DNA of 64,000 nt from Vicinamibacterales bacterium (GTDB lineage: Bacteria; Acidobacteriota; Vicinamibacteria; Vicinamibacterales; UBA2999), in assembly GCA_965249205.1 (NCBI GenBank), contig CBDFLL010000002.1, positions 170,810 through 234,809 on the forward strand. The letters are read 5' to 3'. Shown piece by piece: positions 25,574-34,677 of this stretch. The position numbers and the translations under genes were made by a program. Each line of letters begins with the position of its first letter. Position 1 is the stretch's first letter. The notes under the pieces were generated by a model. That model was given only the letters and a program-made list of their open reading frames with translations, was not told the DNA's origin and did not search any database.

Positions 25574-27420
25574 GACCCGGGCTGGAGCCACCGGTCGCGC
25601 TGCTGCTGCTGCGCGTCGGCGTTGGCCGGATCGACCTCGAGCTGCCACTCCTGCGGCGGCTCGGCGCCCAGGACCGCGTCGATCGTCCGCAATGCATCGC
25701 GTCGCGCCACGAGCAACGCCACGGCGGCGCCCGGCCGATACTGACCAAGCCTCGCGGCCAACTGGTCGGCGCGCACCCGGAAACCGTTCATCGCCAGGAT
25801 TTCGTCGTCCACGTTGAGACCGGCCTCAAATGCCGGCGTCCCGCGACGCACCTGGGTCACGACCAGCCGGCCATCGACGTTTCGCGTCGACATGCCAAGC
25901 CATGCGGGCCGAGGCCGATCGTCACGCGGCTCGTCGACGGGTCGGAACCGCAATCCGAACGCCTCGAGCGCCTCGCCGTACTCCAGTTCGGCAGTGCCCT
26001 CGATCGCGCCGTCCCAGAACAACGCGAGGCTCAGACCGCTCACCTGCTCCACCACGGCGCGGAACTCATCTGGCGTGAACCCGCGATCGCCGGAAAACCG
26101 CTCGAACGCCGTACGCATCACGTCGTCCAGGCTCCTGGCGCCTGATGTCGCCGCGCGGATCCGGCCATCCAGGAGGAATCCCAGCACGGCGCCCTTTGTG
26201 TAGTAGCTGACCGACGCGTTGACGCTGTGCTCGTCTTGGCGGTAGTAATTGATCCACGCGTCGAAGGAGGCCTCCTCCACCGACTGCACGAGCCGCCCCG
26301 GTGTCGTTTGCAGCCCCCTGATGCGGCTCGACAGCGCGTCGAGCAGCTCCGCGCGCGTCGACAGGCCGGCCCGATGGAGGGCCAACTCTCCGTAGTAGTC
26401 AGTCAACCCCTCGACCATCCAGAGGCTGCGCGTATGGACCTCGTCCTCGTAGTTGAACGGGCCCAGTTCGACCGGACGCAGTCGCTTGATGTTCCAGGCG
26501 TGGAAGAGCTCGTGACTCGCCAAGCCCAGCCAGGCGAGATACGCCCTTCTCGTGCCGGTGGCCCAGCGATTGGACATCAGCATCGTGGAGTTCTTGTGCT
26601 CCAGCCCGCCGCCACCACTCGTGGCCAAGGTCAGCATGTTGAGGAACACGAACTTGTCGTACGGCAAGGCGCCCCACATACGGCGATGCTCCCGGACGAC
26701 GAGCTCTAGATCTCTCGCCGCGCGAGCCCCGTCGAACACGCCGTCTTCGCCGACGTTCGCCAGGACATGTCTCTTGTCATCAACGGTGAACTCGTAGACG
26801 GCCGGATTGCCGATCACGATGGGCGAATCGACCAACGTGTCGAAATCAGGTGCCTGGTACCGATGGCTGCCCCCAGGGATCTCGGCCAGGCCGGTCACCG
26901 AGGCCTGCCAGCCTGGCGCCGGCTGAATGACCACCTCGTGCGGACGCCCCAGCCCATCCACCAGCGTCATGAACGTCGGGGCGCCATTCAACATCGCGAA
27001 GTCGGCTTCGACCCAATTGGTGCGCACGCTCATCTCGCGCGCGTATACGCGATAGCGCACCTCGACGGATGGCGCACCGCCAGTGGCAACCCGCCAGCGG
27101 TTCTTGTCGGACTTGGCGACCGCAAGCGCGCGCCCATCGACGCCGCTGGCGGTCACGGCCTCAACCTGCCGCGCGTACTCCCTCACCAGGTACGAACCCG
27201 GTGTCCAAACAGCCATCATCAGCTCTACCTCCGACCGCCCATCGGTCGGCACCACGACGCTCACCTCGACGTAGTGCGTCTGCGGCTCGGGAAAGCTGAC
27301 GGTGTAGCGAATGGGATCGGATCCGGGATCGGGCGCGGTCTCCGCGGAGGCAGAAAGAGGACTATGCATCATGAAAACAACCAGCAAGAGCGCGGGGATT
27401 CTTGCGACCATGGGATGCAT
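25570..27420 (-). CDS. M61 family metallopeptidase with C-terminal PDZ domain
   Basis: HELFHAWN zinc motif. The start is taken at MHPMVARIPALLLVVF (signal peptide); the track start at 27459 is an upstream GTG. Confidence 0.85.
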   Translation of the reverse strand: MHPMVARIPALLLVVFMMHSPLSASAETAPDPGSDPIRYTVSFPEPQTHYVEVSVVVPTDGRSEVELMMAVWTPGSYLVREYARQVEAVTASGVDGRALAVAKSDKNRWRVATGGAPSVEVRYRVYAREMSVRTNWVEADFAMLNGAPTFMTLVDGLGRPHEVVIQPAPGWQASVTGLAEIPGGSHRYQAPDFDTLVDSPIVIGNPAVYEFTVDDKRHVLANVGEDGVFDGARAARDLELVVREHRRMWGALPYDKFVFLNMLTLATSGGGGLEHKNSTMLMSNRWATGTRRAYLAWLGLASHELFHAWNIKRLRPVELGPFNYEDEVHTRSLWMVEGLTDYYGELALHRAGLSTRAELLDALSSRIRGLQTTPGRLVQSVEEASFDAWINYYRQDEHSVNASVSYYTKGAVLGFLLDGRIRAATSGARSLDDVMRTAFERFSGDRGFTPDEFRAVVEQVSGLSLALFWDGAIEGTAELEYGEALEAFGLRFRPVDEPRDDRPRPAWLGMSTRNVDGRLVVTQVRRGTPAFEAGLNVDDEILAMNGFRVRADQLAARLGQYRPGAAVALLVARRDALRTIDAVLGAEPPQEWQLEVDPANADAQQQQRDRWLQPGS

Positions 27421-27525
27421 TCTATAGAAACCGGCCGCGAAGGTGCTCGGCCCGGGCACAGCGGGCAGCGATTGATCGGGGTCGTCGGTACTGGTCGATT
27501 GCCTCTCTGGGCAGAGGGGCGTCAG
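27396..27525 (-). repeat. ~130-bp direct repeat, copy A (M61 5' region plus a relic TPR-gene 3' end)
   Basis: Two well-conserved blocks against 29366-29496: 42 bp at 37/42 and 33 bp at 29/33. The middle of the repeat is only weakly conserved. Confidence 0.75.
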
Positions 27526-27776
27526 AGCCCAATGGACTCAGGAGCACCCCATCCAGGTGGGCGCCACGCTCGCCTCGAGCGATTTCGTCGGCGCGGGCAA
27601 CCGCCGCGATCGGCGCAGCGCCGGACCACTAGAGCGCTTTTCAAATAGCCCTTTGTACTGACTGAGCGAGTCATGTTACTGCTGCACGCACCATTGCAAC
27701 GCGTCGGTCCCGCCGAATGCCGGAACCATTTTCGCCATTGCGGCTATTCGAACGCCACACGGTCATGAAAAGCGCT

Positions 27777-29231
27777 TTACGCGTGCTGGTCCTCCGGCAC
27801 GGGTTCAACTTCATGCATCGGCCGCAACTTCCCGCCATCTGTCATCTCCGCAAGTCCGGCCTGCAACGCTCGCTCAACGACCTGCTCCCACTCTCCCGAG
27901 AAACGGCTTCGCACCCGTGGCGGCACACGCAGGATCGCGAGATCGCGCGCCAACCCGTACTTGGCGAGCCGCTCGTCGCGTTGCTCTTCGGACATCGGCG
28001 TGAAAGCCTGGTCCCGCTCCGCTGGTCTTGCAACCACGATCAAATTGCCACGTTCGTGGGTCACGAAGACAGCTTCGAATCCCGCGGCCCCCAACCCGCG
28101 AAGCAACGAATCGCGATCGAACGCCTGCAGATGAAACGGGTTCAGGGTATTGATCATCGACTGGCCTTGTTCCAGGAACTCTGCGTCGTCGGGCTCGTTG
28201 TACAGGTACAGGTGGCCGCCCGGCGCAAGCCGCTCGCGCACCAAGTCCAGAAAATCGCGGGGCCGCACGGCGTGCGTAATCATGTGATTGGCGACCACCA
28301 AGTCGAAAGCGCCCGGATACGGAATCGAGAAGTGATCATAATCGAGCAGATGATCGACCGTGTGGCCGTACGCCTCGCGGTTGAGCAATTGCTGGCTCTC
28401 GAAAAGGGGCAATCCGTACACGTCGGCGTTCCACACCCGCTTGAGCACCGCGCCGATGGACCCGCAGCGGGGTCGGAGTTCGAGGACCCGCGGTGCTTGA
28501 AACTGCAACAGCGAGGTGAGTATCTCGACGTGCTGGCTGTTCGACAGGCGGTCTCGAAGGAGCGCCGGAAGATAGCTGTCACCGTCAAGCCCCGCATGCT
28601 CCGACACGAACACACCACGCGCCACACGCCCGCTCAGGTCCGAGCGCTCTTCGGGCGTGAGCTTCGTCGGGTTCAACATGGCGCCCTCCGGCCCCTGTTT
28701 CCCTGAGCCGGGACGCCCCGAGCGTCCGATCGTCTCGTCGAAACGCTCAACGAGCCTGGTGTACCGCGCTCCCGTCGGGCGACGTCTGGCGAAGACGACC
28801 CCGCATGCATGGCACATGGCGTAGTTATAGACACTCGCCTCCGCGTCGGGCGCGTGCTCAAGGAGGAGAAACTTGTTGTACTCACACACCTGTGTCCAGC
28901 GCGTGCCCAGACAGACCGGGCAAGAGTCGAGTTCGAGGATGTGATGAACGTCCGCGCCCTGCGTGGCAGCCGGCGGAGGACTCTCGCCATCCTCGACGGT
29001 CAACGGCACCCGAGGACCTACCTTGAGCGTCGATCGTCGCCCACTTTGCTGGGCTCCAGTTCCGTTGGCCAGGGCGGAGTCGATGCGCCGGGTCAGAAGG
29101 CGCGTTTCCAGCTGAACTTCGCGAAGCTTCTTGTGATCGGACCGCAGCTGCCCGACCATGTCCGCCGTCAGCGCAGCGACGGCCCGCCGTGCGAGTCGAA
29201 GAACGGCGCTTTTCGGGTTGAGCATGGTCAC
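27777..29231 (-). CDS. class I SAM-dependent methyltransferase with an N-terminal Cys-pair (zinc-ribbon-like) region
   Basis: 484 aa. CPVCLG...CHACG pairs are followed by a methyltransferase fold (VLELRPRCGSIG...DLVVANHMITH...LAPGGHLYL). Confidence 0.7.
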   Translation of the reverse strand: MTMLNPKSAVLRLARRAVAALTADMVGQLRSDHKKLREVQLETRLLTRRIDSALANGTGAQQSGRRSTLKVGPRVPLTVEDGESPPPAATQGADVHHILELDSCPVCLGTRWTQVCEYNKFLLLEHAPDAEASVYNYAMCHACGVVFARRRPTGARYTRLVERFDETIGRSGRPGSGKQGPEGAMLNPTKLTPEERSDLSGRVARGVFVSEHAGLDGDSYLPALLRDRLSNSQHVEILTSLLQFQAPRVLELRPRCGSIGAVLKRVWNADVYGLPLFESQQLLNREAYGHTVDHLLDYDHFSIPYPGAFDLVVANHMITHAVRPRDFLDLVRERLAPGGHLYLYNEPDDAEFLEQGQSMINTLNPFHLQAFDRDSLLRGLGAAGFEAVFVTHERGNLIVVARPAERDQAFTPMSEEQRDERLAKYGLARDLAILRVPPRVRSRFSGEWEQVVERALQAGLAEMTDGGKLRPMHEVEPVPEDQHA

Positions 29232-29365
29232 TCCTGTGTCTTCGAGCGCCGAACCATCCTAAACGTACGGAGTGATGGAGGGCGGTGTCTGCCTGGGACA
29301 ACCGGTCGGGATGACGGGACTCGCACCTGCAACTCCAGCCACGGACCCTAGCCTATCAGCTAGGT

Positions 29366-29496
29366 GGATTCTTGCGATCATGGGGCGCATTCTATGGAAC
29401 CCGGCCGAAAATAATGCCCGTCCGGAGGAGCGCGTGCAGCGGTTTATCGGTTCCCTCGATATTGGTCGATCGCCTGCCTGAGCAGAGGGGCGTCAG
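29366..29496 (-). repeat. ~130-bp direct repeat, copy B (3' end of the TPR gene plus downstream)
   Basis: See copy A. It covers the last codons ...DAPLLRQAIDQYRGNR* of the TPR gene and the following 78 nt. Confidence 0.75.
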
Positions 29497-32400
29497 CATC
29501 GCCTGGATCCAGTTCGAGCGCTCTCTCCAGGTGAGCAACGCCCTCGTCTTTGCGGTCGAGATAGTCGTAATACAGCGCTCCAAGAACCTTGTGTGCGTGC
29601 GGGTGGTTGTTGGACGCAAGGACCGTTTCGAACGCCTCAGCGGCGTCGCCGTAGAGGTCTTGCTCGATGAGGTCCGCCCCTAGATCGAAAGCTGCCTGCA
29701 GAAGCGCCGGACTCCAGGTCTCCCCATTGCCACGCCCCAGCGTCTCGAGTGCCTCCTCCCAGCGTCCCAGTCCCTGATAAACCTGCGTCAGACGGCTTCG
29801 GGGTTCCTCGTTCCCGTCGGCCAGCTGCTCGGCCCGCTCGAGATACGGCAGCGCGTCCTCGAAGTAGGGCACCGCCTCGCCCCGCTCTCCTTGCAACACG
29901 TAGGCGCGCCCAATCGCCCAGGGGACCAAACCGTCAGGCATTCGATCGCTCGTGGAGTCCAGGATCGTACCGACCATGTCCGCCATCCGGCCCGCTGTGG
30001 CGTAACCCCGGACGCGGTTCTCCAGGCCAACCTCAATGAAGTCCCGAAAGTAGTCGGCCACCCGCAGCGCGCGCCCGAACGCCTCCAGGGATTGACTGAA
30101 CTCGCCCGCGTCGAAGTAATAGTCAACGAGCAGCGACAAGCTCTCAACGTGTGCGTCATCAATCTGAAGCGAGCGCTGCAGCTGATCGATCGCCGCCTGG
30201 GTGTTTCCTGTCATGTGATGAGCGCGTGCGAGCAGTGTGTGGATCGTGACGTCGAGCGGTGCCAGCGCCAGAGCCTTCTGCAGGACCACGACCCCGCCCG
30301 ACAGGTACTGGGTATGGCCGGCCGCCGCCAGGCCAAGGTAATAGCGGCCGAGATTGGTCGCGTTGTCCGGGTTGTAGGGGTTCAGCCGCCTCGCTTCGAG
30401 CGCGAGCCTCTCCCCCTCCACCCGAGCGGACTCGCGCCGGCTCGCCTCGATGCTGCCATCACTGCTCATCGCCTGCTGGGTGATGGCGGACTCCGAGTAG
30501 TAGAACCCCTCGTCGCTGTCCAACGAACGAGCTACTTCGTGGAGGGCGAGCGCCGTCTCGTACGCGCCGACCTGCCGGTAGCGCTGGGCCTCCGTGAGGT
30601 AGACGTCCGCACGAAGCACGTTCACGTTCTTGAACCAGAACAGTCCACCAACCACGAGCACGCACGGGAGATACAGCCACAGCCGCGTGCGCCGCGCCGG
30701 CCGAAGATCCTGCGTCTGCAACCAGGTAAGCGCGGCCGCCAGCGCCAGAGCGACCAATGTGACGCAACACACGTACATGGCCACGTCGTCCGCGAGAACC
30801 GCCGCTGTTGCCACGGCTGTGTCTGGTGTGGTCACACTTCGCCAACGGGAAAGGCTGAGCCCACGCACCAGCCAAAACACGAGACTGCCACCCAGCGACG
30901 CGGCCGAATAGACGACCACCGCACTAATCTTGGCCGAAGGCGAGGCTCCGCCCGGCTCTGGCGTTTCACGCGCCGCGTCAGCAAGTAACAATGCCAGCCC
31001 GGCGAGCCAGACCGTGACGAAGAGCCACGCCACCCAGTGGCTGTTCGGCGTCCGGGGCCAGACAAGGTCCATGGTTAGGGTGACGAGTATCACCGCCACC
31101 ATGAACCCGAGGCCGGACGCCGCACGATACTCTGGCCGCAGCGGCCACGAGAGCGGGCTTGGCGGGATCTTGCTTGCACTCTTTTGCGCGCGCCCCGCGT
31201 CCTGCTCGCCCAACCTTTGATCGTGGAGGCTGACCGCGACAAGGAGTCCTGAGTAGATCCAGAAATACGTGTTGGTGGCGGCGGTCGAAAACGCGAACTG
31301 GACCGCTAGAAAATGACCGACGACACTTGCGAGGATAGCCACGCCCAGTGCCTGTCCGGTCCCATCCCGCCGCTCTACCGCCCTGCCTTGCCCCGCGCAC
31401 TGGAGGACGACGTGCGCTAACACGCCGGCAATCACCCCGAAGGGCAGCGCAAGTCCGACGAACGTGAGGACGCCGCCTGTTCGGTCCATAAAGACCGCGG
31501 CTACGACCGCGAGAGCCCCGCTCGTCACCATGATCGAGATCACGGTCCGTCGTGAGGCACGGTCGCCCACCCACCCGAGCATCGCCAGAGCGAGCGTGAA
31601 CCAGCCGATCATCAGTCCGTAGTACGCCATCACTCCCAGGAGTCCTGTCGTGACCGCAGTATCAAGGGTCTCGTTGTGCGCCCGGTCGACGCGCTCTCTC
31701 TGGCCTTCGATAACACCGACCTCCGGAGGACGGACTGCGGCCAGGACGTCCTTGCTGCTCTCCGGGCCGTACCCCACGAGCGGCCTTATGGCATGGTGGC
31801 GATCGGGGGGTGCTAGTACGTCGCCCGGAACGCCGAGCGGCTGGGTCCTCCCGAGCAGTTCGGCCGCCGCATCCCAGAGAAGAACCCGAACCCGGGAGGT
31901 GGGATCATCGGAGTCGAGAACTCTCGCGACTCGCTCGACATACGGTGCCTCTCGAATGGCCGCGAATATCGGCGACGCTGTGAGACCGGGAAGATTCACA
32001 ACGACCAGGAGCATGCCAAGGACCCCTGCTCCGATCCACGGCACTCACAACCAGTGGCGGATGCGAGGGAGCGCCACGGCTCCGGCGACGAAACCCGCGC
32101 CGGCGAGGCCCACCACCGGTCCCCGGCTGCCGCTAAAAAGAATGGCGGTTGCTTGAGCTGCCAGCACGGCGCCGTAGAACAGGGCGGCACCAACCTGCCG
32201 TCTCTTCACAGCGCCGTGATTCACGTCCGGCGCACACGAGATCACGATCCGAGCCAGCGTCAGCGGAACAACGAGGCTCAGGTATGAGGAGAGAAAAATA
32301 GGATTGCCGAGGGTTCCCGTGGCGGCGATCCCCCTGGTGGCATCCGGGTGACTGAGTCCGAGATATTGGAGGATCGCGTAGACGGCCACGGGCAGGCTAC

Positions 32401-32878
32401 TCAGGATAATCGCCGCCACCAGGCGGTCGATCTGTTCGCGGGTCCTCAGGTATCCGGCGATGAATCCGAAGAGCGCAACGTAGCAAAAAGTCGAGTACGT
32501 TCCCTGCAGTCTGTCGAACGAACCCCATACGCTGTGCGTCGGGTCAATTGAAAAGAGGGTGCTGACCGCGTAGCTCGCGGAGAAGAGAAGCACGGGCACG
32601 ACCAGCGGCAGCGCCAGCCAATGGCGCAGGCGTTTGATCACGCCGGAACCCAGCGCGGGTCGAGCCTGTTCCTCCAGGGCGAGCACGAGCCACGCCAGCG
32701 CCATCACACCGACCAGCGAGCGAAGCAAGACGACCTTGAACGGTTCGTAACCGCGGGCGGCTTGGGCGTTGAACGCCAGGGGCACGACGATCGCCGCGGT
32801 CAACCACCCCGCCTCGATGATTCCCGCACACACCGCCGACAGCCTCGTTCTCAGCGCCGCACCTCGCGACCGAAGCAT
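29444..32878 (-). pseudogene. O-antigen ligase (Wzy_C)-like polytopic membrane protein fused to TPR repeats, interrupted by one in-frame TGA
   Basis: Track ORFs 32045..32878 and 29444..32044 are in the same frame. They are separated only by TGA (32047-32045): ...LPRIRHWL*VPWIGAGVLGMLLVV... The SRG...Wzy_C-like TM region spans the stop. The C-terminal half is TPR. Confidence 0.65.
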
Positions 32879-32938
32879 GAGAGCCGCGGACGTACCCCTG
32901 GCGGCATCACGCTATGCTTTGGCGTGCTGGACGCGCTC

Positions 32939-33106
32939 ATGCGGTTCCTCAAGTACCTGTTCTCCACCGATCACAAGGTCATCGGCCTGCCCGGCGCCGT
33001 GCACGGCACCATCATGGTATTCCTCGGCGCGGTGCCGTTGGCGGTCGGCGCTTTCGGCAACTACCTGGTGCCGCCGCAAATCTGGAGGGGCAGGAGGCTG
33101 TACTGA
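32939..33106 (+). pseudogene. ctaD: relic of cytochrome c oxidase subunit I
   Basis: The 55-aa ORF MRFLKYLFSTDHKVIGLPGAVHGTIMVFLGAVPLAVGAFGNYLVPPQIW... joins two hallmark heme-copper oxidase subunit I motifs: FSTxHKxIG and HGxxMxF...GxFGNYxxP. The ~50 residues that normally separate them and all downstream sequence are missing. Confidence 0.65.
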
Positions 33107-33120
33107 CCAGTCGCATCCAG

Positions 33121-34651
33121 GTGCAGTCGCCGAAGGCGCGAACCGCCCCGCCCATCGAGACAAGCCCGGATCTTTTACACGCTTTCCTGCGGGACGCCGC
33201 GCACGTGCCAGGCGGAACCGCCACGGGTGTGGCGACGCCTCGCAGCGCCGACGATGTTCCCTCTCTCGTGCGAGCCGCCCGGCGCATCCTCCCGATCGGT
33301 GCAGCAATCGTCGCTGACGGGTGGCGCCACGCCGCGGGGCGATCTGCTGATCAGCACGCGGGCACTCACCGGCGTTTCCTTGCTTCCGGGCCGGAAGGTT
33401 CGCGTTGGCGCGGGTGTGCCCCTCGCCGCACTCCAGCGGGCACTGGCAGCCGATGGCCTGTACTATCCGCCGGTCCCCACCTACGACGGAGCGTTCGTCG
33501 GTGGCACGATCGCCACCAACGCCGCTGGAGCCGCGACGTTCAAATACGGAAGTACCCGCCGCTGGGTCGACGCGTTGAGCGTCGTGCTGGCCGATGGATC
33601 ACTGATCGAGGTCCAACGCGGAGAGGTCATAGCGTCACCAGACGGCTGGTTCGAGCTCCAGGCAGCCACCGGCGACATCATCCGCGTACCAATCCCGACG
33701 TATGTCGTGCCCGACGTCGTGAAGCTGTCGGCTGGCTACTTCGCCCGCCCTGGCATGGATCTCATCGATCTCTTCATCGGGTCGGAAGGCACGCTCGGGA
33801 TCGTGACCGCCGCGACGCTGCGCGTGATTCCACTGCCACGGCGATGCTCCGTGCTGGTGACCTGCACCTCCGACAACCAGGCCCTCGCGGTCACGTCGGC
33901 ACTCAGGCAAGAGGCCATGGCGAGCTGGCGCGGCGACGGACCGTTGGACGTCTCCGCGATCGAGTTCATGGATAGTCGCGCACTGGCCTTCGCCCCGAAC
34001 GAGGTGATCGCCCGGGCGGGCGTTCAACGACCCGTGGGCCCAACGGTGCTCCTGCTGGTGCAGCTCGACATAGTGGAGCGGGAAGATGAGGCGCTCGCTC
34101 GCCTGAGCGCTGTGCTGGACATATGCGGCGTCACCGTCGATCCGCAGGTGGCGCCAGCCGGCGACGATCGAGGCGCCGCCCGACTGTTCGAGCTGCGGGA
34201 GGCAGTGCCTGCCGGGGTCAACGCGGCGGTAGGCGCCGCCAAGAACCGCGTGCATCCCGACATCGAAAAGGTGGCCGGCGATCTCGTCGTCCCGTTCGAG
34301 CGGCAGCAAGAGGCGCTCGCGCTGTACCGCGGGACGTTCGAGCGACACGGGTTGCAGTACGCCATCTGGGGCCACGTCTCCGACGGCAACATGCACCCCA
34401 ATGTCGTGCCCCGTTCGCTCGCGGATGTAGAGCGGGGCAACGCGGCGATCCTCGAGATCGCCAGGCGTGTTGTGGCGATGGGTGGCGCGCCCCTGGCCGA
34501 GCACGGCGTCGGCCGCAGCGCACTCAAGCAGCAGCTGCTTCGCGAGTTGTACGGCGATCAGGGGATCGACCAGATGCGGGCGGTCAAGCGAGCGCTGGAC
34601 TCGGAGTGGAAGCTCGCGGCCGGCGTGTTGTTCCCGGAACCAGAACCGTGA
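33121..34651 (+). pseudogene. FAD-linked oxidase (GlcD/D-lactate dehydrogenase-like) with a frameshift near 33300
   Basis: The N-terminal homology (LLHAFLRDAAHVPGGTATGVATPRSADDVPSLVRAARRILPIG) is in frame 1. Continuation from 33302 (QQSSLTGGATPRGDLLIS...AGVPLAALQ...) is in frame 2. The start at 33121 is uncertain. Confidence 0.7.
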
Positions 34652-34677
34652 CTGGAGACGCCACCGATCAGCGAGGC

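Noticed and set aside
32045-32047. TGA reassignment (Trp/Gly) or selenocysteine as the explanation for the in-frame stop.
   Set aside because: Many well-supported genes in the window terminate at TGA at positions consistent with their homologues. I see no SECIS-like hairpin immediately downstream, and the protein family is not a selenoprotein family.
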